A stretch of 63,985 nt of DNA, filler included, from Intoshia linei (lineage: Eukaryota; Animalia; Orthonectida), in the NCBI GenBank assembly GCA_001642005.1. It is 8 parts of 8 records of this genome, joined end to end, with 100 filler letters (N's around TTAATTAATTAA, not from the genome) between each part and the next. Parts side by side here need not be neighbours in the genome. Positions count along the whole stretch, not along the records: positions 36,536 to 44,203 come from LWCA01001530.1; positions 44,304 to 52,736 come from LWCA01001460.1; 6 more parts are not named here. One strand, given 5' to 3'. Position numbers and translations under genes: made by a program. Shown one piece after another: positions 39,501-52,835 of this stretch (position 1 is the first letter of the stretch; each line of letters opens with the position of its first letter). The notes beneath the pieces were generated by a model. That model saw nothing but the letters and a program-made list of their open reading frames with translations, was not told where the DNA came from and ran no database searches.

Positions 39501-42500
39501 TATAAATTATGGTCTAATTTTTAATCCTCTGTATCTCTTAATCCCTACGATCAAAATCGTACAAATTTTCAAATATGATTCAAATATTCAATTTGATCAA
39601 ATATGAACAGATTATTATAGATTAAAATTAATAACAATGATGTAAAAATATTTCTAGTGGAAACAATATTAATGCTATAAACCTTTTTGATGCTGTAATG
39701 CTGATAAGTAGGGCATGGCAAAGAGTAAAAACTGTAACAATTAAAAATTGTTTTAGTAAAGCAGGGATGTTTTGCTTAAAGTATACTAATTTGAATCAGG
39801 AAACGGTACTACCTGACATTACAGAATGGCATAATTTTCAGTTTTTATGAAATGGATATAGACTTCGATGAATATAGTCGGTCTAATTTACCATTTGACC
39901 AAAATTTAATTACAAGAAATAATGATTAAAGTGTAGATATCATTATTAATGATACAATTGAATCATCATATTCGTCAAATAATGATTGTACTGATACCTT
40001 TGATGCAAAAGATTGTTTGAGTAGATTAGACTATTTTAAACCGTCTTTACTAAAAAAACAGGCTTATCTGAAGAAATGAATGAATGTTTAAAATATCTCG
40101 AGGAAGGTTTAATAAATACGTAAAATTGTATAATTATTAAATTTTATTAAGTATTTTATGTCTCCTGTAGTCTGTATCAGATTCCATAATAGATTACAAT
40201 TGAATTAGTTATTTGCATCACCAAGTCAATTTGAAATATATATTTTCATTGAATATCATTGATTTTTTACGACTGTAAATAATGCGACCAGCAGTACGAC
40301 TTTTGGTACTGTTCCAAAGTCATACTTTTGCCGTACTTTTTAAAACTAAATAAACTTATAAATTGAAATTTAACTTAAATATTCATTTTTCTAATCAAAA
40401 ACATATTTTGTTTTTAAACAATAAAAGTACTACTTTTAGTACGACAAAAATATGGTCAGCCTACTGTACATGTTTTTTATATTTTAATCACGCTTTATTT
40501 ATCGCCGCCAAAGTAAAATAATTTTCACTTGCGCTTAACGCGATTGCACTGTATAACTAATAAATATAAACTATATTTTCATGAGGAGTAGATGCCTCTG
40601 AAAACCGAAGCGTATTCAACTCTTTGAAGAGTCCGAGCGCAATTTCGACTAGCAGGAACTAAAACCAATGATTTTAAAGTATAATGAAAATGTCTTAAGC
40701 ACCTATCAATTGTGCTGATGCTGACATTAACTATTATATTCTAAAACAATCTTGTCTTTTAATTGTTTCAACGTGAGAACGCAATTTTCGCCGGTCCACC
40801 TTCTAATGATTTTCTTGTTCTTCAGTCAATTTCGACCTGATATTTTCTCCTCGTGGACTGCATTCTACAACTCCGATTTTCAGGAATTTGTTAACAATAT
40901 TCGACACGGTTGTCCGCGGCAATGACAACAATTTTGCAATACTCATTACGGACATTCCTAATAAGCATCTGTTAATAATAATGTGACGTTGGAGAATTGG
41001 TATTTAATTCGGCATGTTATTAAATTTATCGTTCAATATGATAATAGCGATTAAAAGTAAAGTTTCCAATTTAATTTATAATTTAAATTAAACTTTAAAT
41101 GGAATAATTTACATGTAAAATTGCTATATTATGAACTGTTTATGATTCTGGTGTGAACACCATAAAATATTTTTAATTTTTTTGTAAAATGGTTTGTAGG
41201 TAAAAAATTAATCTTAATATTTCAGTTTTAACTGGGGTTTGTAGTCTAAATAACTAAGTTAAACTAAGCTTTAATTACCAAAGTTTGCTCTATAGACAAT
41301 TAATCTTCACAAATATAATTTGCAAATTGCCTGGATTTCCAAACTGCCTGTAACATAAACATTATAAAAAAGATGACTAGGTTACGCAAGATTTTGAGTG
41401 TATTCTCTTAAAGAAGTTAGCATCATTGTGAATTATAATTATCATAAATCTTGCGTAACCTAGTCATCTTTTTTATAATGTTTATATTTTATTTTACACA
41501 CAATTGTATGTATTGTTGCTTAACGACTTTAGAGCAGCCGACTTGTAAATTATTTAAATTATATGAAATGTAAACAATTGTTATGTATTGTTGCTTAACG
41601 ACTTTAGAGCATAATGTTTGAATGGCTCTAATTATGAGTCATAATAAATTTCAATTAGAATAAATTTGTACATCGTAAAAATTGGATAAATATTTTCTAT
41701 AGAGATTTACATTGTCAAATTTTACTCATGGTGTGTTGAAAATAAAATGAATAACTTACACTTAGATATAGATTTAGACTTTAATTTAAATACAATATTC
41801 TATTTCTAATTAGTCAAAAATCTAAATTTACAAAATTGAAACAAATTAAATTCATATCTAATACAAGTTACCTTTCAAGCATAATTTTAACTTTATTTAA
41901 AAATATTATGTTACCAAGAAACCAGTACCGCACACCTTGTGAGAAAAGTCACGCTACGCCACTGTATTTCACACGTCTGTTTATTCTATGATATACACAT
42001 CAAAATTTTGAAAAACTTTATTATTTTATTTTAATACATTTTCACATAGATAATTTAAAAATAATACAAGTTTAAATTAAAACGTAAATTCCAGACGTGT
42101 GGTGATAATACATAAAATTGCATTAGACAGTGAAAGGGTTAAATATATAAGTAAAAACAGTCCAATTACCCGAAAAAAATTGAGATACCCGTATTTGATT
42201 TATGTTTGTTATTACTATGAAAATATGATTATATTATAATATTTAAAAGTTACCATTTCAAAAATCCCACCACTAATAAAATTTAATCAAAAATACTATT
42301 TTAAGCCCTCTTGGAAAAATTGTCTTACACCGATATTCTTTTAAAATCCGATTTTACCAATCTTATGTAAAAAATCCATTTCATCAAACCACAAATAAAA
42401 GATCTAATTTTCCAGCTCTTAATGGAAAAATATCCTTTTGCCAATACTTTTTTTAAAAACCTCTTATTTCAACCACAAATTACTAACGCTTAAGGGAATT

Positions 42501-43948
42501 ATTCTCTTTTTCCAATATTATTTTGAAAAATATTATGAGTTGTTACGAACTGTAACGCTATCATCAAGAGTGTTAAAATTAAAGGAAGCCCTTCTGACCG
42601 TTCAACCTACGTCAACACAAAATGAAAGAATTTCTCTACTGCTTCTAATTTTGTTACAAAACGTAGAACGCGTTTAAAAGACGAATCTATCAATATTATG
42701 TGTTTTTTGAAACACTTTTTCAACAATCTAAAATAAATAAATTTTTTTTAATTAAATTTGTAAATTTCAATCTAGATTCGTGTTATTTCATTAATTAAAT
42801 TTCTTTTTGTTTCTAAAATTTTTAATTTTCCGGTTCTCGACTTTTGTCATTTCGCGAGAATCAGAATCACTATGTTTTTTATAACAATTTCAGTAATTTG
42901 GGTAGACAGTTAAATGCACATTTTTTTTGAAATTGTAGTATCAATATTTACATTGTCAATTTTTAAATTAATCGAAATATTTGAAAAATATTGATTGATA
43001 ATACATAATATTAATATGATAATGTATATTAAAAATTATTTTTCTAATAGATTTATTGGGTTGCACTTTTGTATTTATATCAACTGGAATAAGCTCTATC
43101 AGAATAATTTTTTTTAATTTTCGGACGCTTAATTATTTTACATTTTTTGTCTTAATAAAATATATCCGAAAAAAAATATATGAATACTAAAATGCTGTTT
43201 TGACCGTAAAGTCATCACTTATTCGGATTGAAATTTTTTGTGTGTGTTAACAGGATACAACTGTACCACTAATTTTTATTAAATTCTACGTTTTTATTAA
43301 AAAAGAGGGGTAATTTGTGGTTTTGGCCCTGAAGATATAATTTTTTTAAATTTAAATAGATAATGTTTGATTTTAAAATCCGTATCAGTGTATATATTTT
43401 TTTAAATTCTCCAACTCGTTTGATTTTCAAAAAAAGAAACAACTGGGGTTTTTGACCGATAAGATGTGAGTTTGGGAGGTTGAAATTTATTTTGCGACAC
43501 CCCTGGAAACAACTGTAATTGAAATGTGGACTTGATAAAATTATTATATGGGTAGTTATTGAAATAAAGTGGAACACACACATTAACAAAAATCGCGTAG
43601 CATATTATATAAGTATTAATTTTTCGTTATTGCTTTATTATGTTCATAAATATAATTTAGTTGAGTCAATTTGTCAATGCCAAAACTAATCCTTTAAATT
43701 CTGTTTTTCTTGGTGGAATTTCTTTCGATTTTGAAGCTTTAGTAAATATGCGATATAAATATGCGTCAAAATTTGAAATGGTAATATTTGGTCATTTTTT
43801 CAATCTTTATTTATTTATTTTTAGAAATACAATAAATTAGCTGATATTTGTCTGTGCCTTTATTCTAAAAAACGTGAATATATTTTAAAGGCTATTGAAA
43901 TTAAGAATATATTCATCGACAATCAATATGCTGTAACTACTATGGAAT
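36536..43948 (+). CDS. EIF2AK4: eIF2-alpha kinase GCN2, HisRS-like and anticodon-binding region; partial at both ends
   Basis: HPKEYIEIAFD, ICINHRVLIETILLSIGV, LYSKFFFQI..VFASGGMYEQL (HisRS motif 3-like). After a 6.4-kb intron (37237-43660): GGISFDFEALV and ADICLCLY..KAIEIKNIF, in the expected GCN2 order. Confidence 0.75.
37600..40125 (+). mobile_element. Degenerate Tigger/pogo transposon interrupted by a Chapaev-like insertion
   Basis: CENP-B HTH region (NIPVSGAILRQKAL..FNASHGWLTKFRRRNNI..ICGEK), then NVFNADE. Resumes at ~39660 with INLFDAVMLISRAWQRVKTVTIKNCFSKAG. Confidence 0.85.
38300..39420 (-). mobile_element. Degenerate Chapaev (CMC superfamily) transposase
   Basis: N-terminal Cys motifs CNMCG..SWTPKFICLTC..F.KPRTWSQP..CNFC (Chapa-type zinc finger). 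Core WYLFMDCSTKSFKAIL..KYPIIPL..KETY..IKY..YKWMLCCNIKVV.IL.GIQGG.CKY. Frameshifted. Confidence 0.65.
40580..41015 (-). mobile_element. IS630/Tc1-like transposase N-terminal (HTH) relic
   Basis: GMSVMSIAKLLSLPRTTVSNIVNKF..G......RG..IRSKLTEEQ, then VSISTIDRCLRHFHYTLK..VPASRN; contains stops and frameshifts. Confidence 0.7.
41355..41485. repeat. Perfect 40-bp inverted repeat with 51-nt spacer
   Basis: ataaacattataaaaaagatgactaggttacgcaagattt (41355-41394) and its exact reverse complement (41446-41485). Confidence 0.92.
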
Positions 43949-44449
43949 GTATATCTCGCGTATTTTTTTTTGTTTTTTTATATACCAGCTTGTCTGTACT
44001 TTATATGTAATTTGTACAGGTAATAGCTCTGCTATGGCAGACGCTACCTGGTATATTTTTATATTTTATTGAATGTATCAAATTTTTAAATTTTACTAAA
44101 CCAAAAATTAAAAAATTGTTATCAATTTTGTAAAATTATGTAATATAATTAATTATCAGTAATGAATTTTTTTAAAGATTTTTATTTTTTTAGTATAAAT
44201 TTANNNNNNNNNNNNNNNNNNNNNNNNNNNNNNNNNNNNNNNNNNNNTTAATTAATTAANNNNNNNNNNNNNNNNNNNNNNNNNNNNNNNNNNNNNNNNN
44301 NNNAGTCAATGAGAAAATTCTTGACGAATATAGTAAATCTATTTATATTTAGCAAATATGCATTTTAAAAAATTCATTTATATTTGAAATAAACTAATTT
44401 TTCAAAATAACCATAATGTTTTAATGATTTGCATTATTGTCAATCGAAA

Positions 44450-44740
44450 ATGGATATACCACAAGAAATTAAAGACGTAATTTTTGATTGCAAATCTGTA
44501 TCAATTTACAATAAATGACATGAAAAGTTTGTCGAATATACAAAGACAAATAATATTGAAGAGAATTTAGGCGACTAATATTGCCGATATGGAAGTTAAC
44601 AAGATATCACTGAAAATGTGACTTATTTTATTTAAATTTTATGATTTTTATAGCGTCAGTTTAGGTGAAAAAGCGATACTGTTGTAGATGGATATGTGGA
44701 AGCCACTCATTCTAATAAATTGGCACTGACAAAACATTAA
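44450..44740 (+). mobile_element. Internally deleted Crypton-like tyrosine recombinase relic
   Basis: N-terminal KSVSIYNK*HEKFVEY..NN joined to C-terminal ATNIADMEVNKISLK / RQFR*KSDTVVDGYVE..SNK. This resembles the SATLLAD.G.....LKR.G.WKS..VA.GY.E box carrying the catalytic Tyr. Confidence 0.6.
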
Positions 44741-46490
44741 ATGAAGAGGTATTGATAAACAATGAAAAAGTTGTTGAGAAAAAAAAAGTGAAAATAGCAT
44801 TAAATTACAATTAAACCATTGTGTATTTAATAATTGTACATTTAATTAATTTCTGAATTTTAAATAAATTATAATTACAAAATGATGTACAAAATTAAGT
44901 ATATAATTTCCAAAGCTAGAATTAGCGATAATATATTCAATTCTATTATTTAACTAGTTAAATAATAAAATATTGTTTTACGCTAAATCATATACATCTT
45001 TTAAGTGATTCAACAATTTATGCATTTATTATTGAAATCATCAATAGTTGTCATTCTAAATATTTTTTACTGTATAAATTAACTGCTTTACAGTAAAGAT
45101 AATATTTGAGTAAACTTATTCTTTAGTGTACGCTAACAAATAATTTTAAAGTAAAAATGAATTATATTTATACAGATTCACTTTGTCTTTTTTGTTGTTA
45201 TTTTAAGTTCAAAATAAATTAACAAAAATCAAAAATATACATGTATAGTAAATGAAAATTGAAACTGAAAATTGAAACTGAAAATTTATTATTTGTATAT
45301 ATTGCGCCGTTTATATTTGTTTTTGTACAGGAAATATTTTATAAATTTATTTGATTAAGTTTTTTAAATATTTTTATCTGTGGTAAATTTAATTAAAATA
45401 TCATTTTTCAAATCAAATTTTCATCTTAATTTCATTGTTAATTTTAATTTAGATAATTAAAATTTAATTAAACTAAGCGAAATAAATTTAAACTTAATAA
45501 TATGATTGAAACTGAAGTTCTACCTGAAATGGATGAAACATTGAAAGAATTATGAAATGAATTTGACGTGAATTTAACTACAAAGAATTGCGATAATGGA
45601 TAAATTACACATATATTAATAATTTGGGAGAAAAACATGATAAATAAAAATCAAAACACAGTTGAGTCGAATTTGCTTGTCACTTGAATATTTATCCGTC
45701 ATTATTTAAATTTTTTGTCAGTATATTTCTTAACTTTCATATTTTAAAATAAAAATTTCTCTATGGCGGCTGATCTGAACCAACCGACTAGTTTAGTGTA
45801 AAAGGTAGCTAATTAATATACCCTTCATTCATTTTAAATTTTATTAAGTTAAAAAAAACCAATTTGAATGGCCATTTTATAGTAATATTTTATGGTAATA
45901 TAGTGGTCATCGATGTTGATGATTTCTGAAGACAAACAAAAAATTAATATTATAGAATCGAAAAGCTAATTGAATTTATTATATATATTCTAACAAAATT
46001 GAATATAACTTAATTATATATATTATAATGGTGAAAAAATTTTCCCTTAAAGAAACCCACAAAAATTTGGTCAAAAAATCGATAATATTAAAATTAAAAA
46101 CCAAAATTAAATTAAAATTTTCTAAATTCATTATAATAAATTAGAACAATTTTACAAAAAATCATTTACTATTAAAAAAATGTATTATTTAGGGTGTTTA
46201 TTATTGACGAGACTGATAAAAGCGGTTCGTGTTTAAGCAGTTTTTTTTTGGTATTGCTCCGCTTAATCTGTCGCTATTATATATTCCAAAGTTAATTCAT
46301 TTTCCACATTAGACATTGTACTGTTATTGGGATATTGACATAATGTATTATAATAATAATTTACAGATACAAATGCAATTAAAAAACTTATAACTGGACA
46401 AATTAAATGAATTACTATATTATAAATGTATCTAAGCATATAAAAACAATATATAAAGTATTGGAAAAATCCAAATTACGAAAAATAACA

Positions 46491-49400
46491 ATGTCTAGTA
46501 AAAAGGTAAAATTGGAAACATTGAGTGATTCACAAATAACCATTAATACATTTGATGACGGATCAACGTTTGACGAAAATCGAAGTTATGCAATTCAATC
46601 AACCACACCAATCTCCTCATATAAATCAAATCGAGATATTATACGAAATTCTTTATCTTTATATTGTTCAAAAACCAATATTTTAAATGTAAACGAAGAG
46701 TATGAAAGATCAGATGATTGCTTAAGCTTTTTAAATTATAATGATCAACGTTCAACTGAAAATGAAAATTTAAACGATGAAATTATTGAAAATTGTCTTT
46801 CAAATATTGGAAGATGCCCTGATGGGTACAATTTTGCTTTAATAGATTGCCGACTTTGTGTAAGAATTTAATTTAATTTCTTTGAATTCGCTTAAACTTG
46901 GCCTTTATTTATTATTATTTATCGAAATTATTTCATGAGAATTGCCACACAGTGTCACTATCTTATTTATACGACATCTATTACATTGCTACGCAAGGTT
47001 TTTTATAAACATAAAAAAATATAGGTAGGACCAAAGCCATGGAGAACCGGAAGTGGGCCTGGTTATATGGAAATTGTAGGCCTAAATAAAAAAATTCTTA
47101 AATTGAATCGTAAAGATCTTATAAAAATAAAAAATTCGATTCGTATAACGCGTCGACGAAATTTTTGTAAAATAGGGACCTCATTTTTCCAAATCGATTA
47201 TTAAAAAAATTATATTCTTTAATATTTTAACGTTCAATTTTGTGTGTTAAATTTAAAATTTCAAGTCGAGAGCCTTATAGAGGTGGCTAGGGGAAATATG
47301 ACGCAACACAACGTTTTCCAAATTTTTTTTAAGAGCCTATTTTTCATTTTCGGGTGGCCTCAAACTGGGTAGGTTCGAATCTGCTAATATAAGTGTTATT
47401 TATGTTTGATAAAGTGAAATTTAGAAGTTGAAATGCGCAACTTATTTCATAATTTTTTTAAAAGTACTACAAAAAAAATTATAATATAAATTACTTTATA
47501 TATATAAAATACATTTTAAGTTTAAATATCTAATTTATGTCATTCTAATTTGCTTCTATTTTAGTCAAAAAATTTGATTAACATTAAGAGATTATCAAAT
47601 TATCCTTATATTCAATTTTTGGACATTCAATGCAACAGCATATCTGGTAGTTATAAACATAATGTATATATTTAAAATGTAGACATTTCCTGTTTATCCT
47701 ATTTAAAACATTTGACATATGTTAATGCTTCGAAAAATGATATTGCAAATGTAAACTTTGAAAATCCTATAGCCCTACGATATTTAAATTTATCGTTCAA
47801 TGAACTGACCAATATAGGAAATATTCCTCAAAATATTTTTTTAGATGAATTATACTTGGAACGTAATATTTATCTACAGTCTATTTAGAACAATGTTTCT
47901 CAACTGGTGCGCCCAGCAAATTTTATAGTGCCAGTGAAAAATTGAAAATTATATATCAGTGATGGCAATCAAATCAAATTTGTGTGTTAATTTTGAAATT
48001 TTATTCGAAAATTTTTTTCTAGTGTGTTTTGTAATAAAAAAATTGTTACCCAGCCCTCCAATTGAAACGAAATTTAAGTTTCTTACTAAAATTCTATAGA
48101 TGAGAAAATGAACAACATTTTTCAGAAAATTTTTCAATGGAATGGAAAATTTCTATTGAACAAATCTTGTTAATTTAAATTTTAAATAAAACGCAAGTGA
48201 ACCTTGTTTACTTATTGAATCTATCTATTGATGAGTTTATTCTTATTAGTTATTTGTAATTTTTAGGACCTCGATTTTGTAAGTGTGTTAAAAAATATGT
48301 CAAGTGTGTATTTTTAACACGGAAACACATATTTTGCCATCACTGATCAATACAATGGATACCATTTCACAGAGGATCATTTAAATCAGATTTTTTTTTG
48401 TACCGAAACAACTTTTTTTCTTAAATTTGCAAAATTATAAAAATTAATTATTTTTTGAAATTATCACTTCAAATTTGAATCTTAAAAAGATTGAGAAATT
48501 AGATAAATTAATGCGATTTTTAAAAAGGGTTGTTTTTAATAACCATTTTTGAGATAGACCACTGTAAATTACTAATTTTGGTTATACATAGAAAAAATTT
48601 AAGACAAACTGATATTGTATCAACATAGTTTATTGTGTAAAGTTAATATTAGTGTTTAGAATATTTAAATTTGTGTTTAGACAACGAAATTAATAATTTG
48701 GATAATATAAACCAGTGTGGCGTTTTAAAAGTTTTAAATCTGGCTCACAATAATTTGGTTTCATTAGATGGATTAGAAAATATACCAGTTGGAATATTAA
48801 ATTTAGTAATTTTAAAAAAAAACTGGATTTCTTGATACATGTCAAAGATTCTTTTGTCAGTATTTACAATAAATTTAAAAATAATATAATAAAAAATTGA
48901 TAGAGTATATTAATTTAAAAAAAAGCTTACAACCTTATTAAAGTGATATTTCAAAATTTAATACCATTATATAAGTCAGGGTGGTCCAAAACATGAGGAC
49001 AAAGGGGCAAAACTAAATTTTACAATTTTGGCGAGTCGCAACATTTAAAAAAATTTTAAATAATTATTTTATTATTCCTTTCATCTTAGTTTTTTGCTCT
49101 TACTCCAATTTCAAACAGATTTTTTTCCCTTGCAGTGCTTATTTACATAACACAAATATTTATTAAGGTTTTGGACATACGCAATCACTTTTTATTGATA
49201 ATTGCAAGCTATACCGATGTTGATTTTGGTTGTTGACATTAGTTAGAAAGCATTAAGTGGTTACTGAAAAACATGGAAAAAATATACACTGGCATTTGTC
49301 TACAACAGGGGTCGGCAACCAGTGACCCACAGAATAATTTAAGTGACCCTTTGAGTAGATATGTAAATTATTTATTTTTAAATTTTTTAACTTTAAACAT

Positions 49401-52400
49401 TTTCTACTATAATTCGCTCATTATAATCATTTTAATACTGAATTTTCATACTGTTCCGGATTTTATTTTGTTGAATATACTAGAAACTTTTTACTTCAGT
49501 TAAAATTGAAATCTATCATGTGTATATTTTCAAAAATATGGCATATATAATTTTTTGATATAAAAAAATGACCCACGAGATGCAAAAGTTTGCTGACCCC
49601 TAGTCTAAAATCTACATATTAAATTCTACATGGTAAAAAGTAAAAAACTTAAAATATTAATTAGAATGAAAATAATATTAAAAATATTGATGGATTGACC
49701 AAATTAAGGTATATAAAGGTAATATTTTACAAATACGTCAATTATAATTATATTTAATTTATGGGAAGTATTTTATTTATCAGTATTTTAATAAAAAATT
49801 TTCAGTATTTTCAACAAAAATTGTCAGTATAAATATTATAATGTCAGTAATAAAATTATTTTGTCAGTATATACTGTATACTATACAGTGTATAGTCAAG
49901 GATATACTGACAAAACATTTCTTTTACTGCTTTTCCAATTTAAATACTGACAATAAAGTATTTATACTGACACCTAAAATACTGATAATTTAATATTTTT
50001 AATGATAAACTATTTAAAATACTAACACTTTACGGATTAAAATACTGATGCTATAAATACAAGCCTTAATTTATTATGATAAAGGAAAGTACAGAAATAA
50101 GTGTTGCTCTAGAACAGGAGTGCACAACCTTTCCACCAATTAGCTACAATGCTACTTTTATCATTGATACTACGGCCGCACAAAATTTACTTCGACATTG
50201 AGAAAGTTTACTCTGGACCTAAATTTTAAGTCTAATAAAATAATTATCTTTAAAATTTAATATCAGCAAGTATTAATTAATAAAATTTAATTAAAATTAA
50301 TCCTTAATGCACTCATATAAATTAACACCATATTTTTTATTTATCTGAATTGAAATAAATAGCAATACTAGGATTAATTCAGTGCTTCTCATGGGGGTGA
50401 CTGGTCACCCCAAGGGGTGAATACGAAAATAATGATAATTGATGATTGTAGGCGAATTACAGGCGATCTACAATTTTCAACATATTTCATTAAATTATCC
50501 AATTTAATATAATCTTATTAGAAAAAAAAAATTCACCAACCCTTAAGGAAGAAATCCCTTTTTATTAATATTTTTTTTAAAAATCCATTTTTACCAAAGT
50601 TTTAGAATAAAAACTACCCTATTTGATTCCAAAAGAAAAAACCAAATTTTACCAACCCTTAAAGAAAAAAATCGCTTTTACCAATATTTTATATGAAAAA
50701 TCTCATTTTACCAATTTTTTAGATGAATAATTCTTCTGACTGAATCCATAAGAAAAAATCTGATTTAAAAAAAATTTGAAAAATCTTTTTTTACAAGTAC
50801 TAATATTTTTTTGAAAAAACATTTATCCTTAATTTTTCGGTAAATAATTAATAATAATTGGACAACAGAAAAAAGTTCTATTAAAAACTAATTTGTTGAT
50901 ACATTAGAGTGGAAGACATAAAAAAATATGTAAATATTAATAATGACATAAAAAAAATCAGTGATTTTCTTGATTTTGTGTGCCCTTCGCTAACATTTGA
51001 GAAACTGGAGCAAAGTCAACAATGTAACTATTTGATTAAAATATTTTAAATAGACCTTAAATGAAATCTCATTTTAACTTTTCAATTTTAAATAAAATGA
51101 TATATTGCCCACGGCCACATGCTGTACGGCCGCACATTGTGGACCCGATGCTCTAGAAAATATTGCTTTGTGAAAGTACAACTATCAAACTTTTTCTTGG
51201 TTCCACTCTTACAAATTTAATTTTTAATCGTTTACTCATTGTTATTGGACAAAATATTTTATAATTAATAAAAATATGGTGTCTAAATTTTAGAGGCCAA
51301 AATACCACCAAACTATGATTACCGTTTTGTTGTTAAAATATATTTCTATTATTTGACAATTACATTAACCCAAAGGTGGGGAAGCATTTACTGTTTGTAG
51401 GCCGCACCTTTATAAATAAAATTTAATTAAATAGATCCGTAAATTTCATGGAGTGACTGGTCAATAGTTAAAATAATTTTAAATGAAAAATCATTTAAAT
51501 TGTTCAGAAGGTCGCACTTTGCCCGTCTTTGTATTAACCTATATACTTTAGATTCTAAAGTTTAGAATATATAAAAACTATATATTTAGAATTGCGATTT
51601 ATCTGGAAATGAAATTCAAACGTTAATAGGATTATCTAATCATAGATATTTGGAAATTTTAAAATTGGAAAATAATAAGATTGTTGATATTTATGAAATA
51701 GAATATTTGAAATATTGTTTTAATTTAAGAAATTTAAATTTGCTACGTAATTCAATTCAAGAAATTCCAAATTATCGAAATATAATTATTTATCAATTAA
51801 ATTTTTTACATATTCTCGACAAAGAAACAATTTCAATATATGAAAAGGTTATAATATTTTCTTATAAAATTTTAAATGTTATAATATTAATAATGCACTT
51901 AATATTAATAAGTTTAAACGTTAAACGTTAAAAGATATTACTGGCGTTTATTTATTTAAATTATATTTAATGTAGATAAAATGTGATCAATTATTCAATC
52001 CAACATTACAGGAAACTGCATGTAATAATAATTTGATAAATTCTCTTTACCAAAATTCTGCAACGAGTGTACTACAAGATACGTAATTTTTTAATATTTT
52101 TTTATCTTAAATCAATTATGGCAAACATCAATTTTAACACTTCTAACGGTTCTAACGGTTCTATTCTAAAGAAACTAAAATTAAATTATTTGTAATAATA
52201 TTTATCAACGTATATTTTATTTGTTATAAATTATATTTTGTATTAGGGTATTTAAAAAGATACATTTTTGAAAAAATAGAAAATAAAATACTAAAATGTA
52301 TAGCCTAGCCCTTGGCACACCTGGTTACTGTTTGTCAAAGTACCTAACAGACAAGCTAGTAGTTTATTATATAAACCTTTTTTTAAATTAAAATGAAAAT

Positions 52401-52641
52401 AAAAATCAATTTTTATATTGTTTCTTTTTTTTGACTAACAAGTAATTTTATTAAATGTTACTTTAATTTAAAAATAATAATTGAAATTTAAAAATTTAAA
52501 TTTGAATAATTGTAAATTTAGAACATTACCCGATGAAAATAAAAAATATCCTATCCTAGCTATTGTTGGACCAGTATTTTCAAACAAAATTGAAATTGGA
52601 ATTAATGTTTTAAAAAAATATGATGATATCTTTATGCCCTG
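46491..52641 (+). CDS. LRGUK: Leucine-rich repeat and guanylate kinase domain-containing protein, 3'-partial
   Basis: LNDEIIENCLSNIGRCPDG, about 9 SDS22-like LRRs over several exons, LRR cap IPNYR..IIYQL..L.ILD..I...EK, then TLPDENKKYPILAIVGP (start of the GK domain). Cut by the gap at 52737. Confidence 0.85.
49306..49602. mobile_element. hAT MITE (copy of 625-932) in a LRGUK intron
   Basis: caggggtcggcaacc ... tttgctgacccct; TSD gtctacaa / gtctaaaa. Confidence 0.8.
49765..50065. repeat. Foldback-like element
   Basis: Left half has repeated (t)cagtat; right half has the reverse complement atactga repeated; centre is tatactgtata-c-tatacagtgtata. Confidence 0.65.
50115..51150. mobile_element. 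Non-autonomous hAT (Buster-type) element, ~1.04 kb
   Basis: Perfect 8-bp TSD ctctagaa (50107-50114 and 51151-51158); imperfect TIRs caggagtgcacaa / ttgtggacccgatg. Confidence 0.85.
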
Positions 52642-52835
52642 GTAAAGGCCACTATAATATATTGTTTTATTTATTTTACTTTTCAAAATTAACTTTATTC
52701 TTTAATCTTTATTAATATATATATATATATATATATNNNNNNNNNNNNNNNNNNNNNNNNNNNNNNNNNNNNNNNNNNNNTTAATTAATTAANNNNNNNN
52801 NNNNNNNNNNNNNNNNNNNNNNNNNNNNNNNNNNN

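Noticed and set aside
41500-41611. ~30-nt direct repeats with a ~45-nt spacer, superficially CRISPR-like
   Set aside because: Only two copies, eukaryotic intron context, no cas genes.
45502-45690. Acidic frame MIETEVLPEMDETLKEL* with stops
   Set aside because: Short, interrupted and without a recognisable motif.
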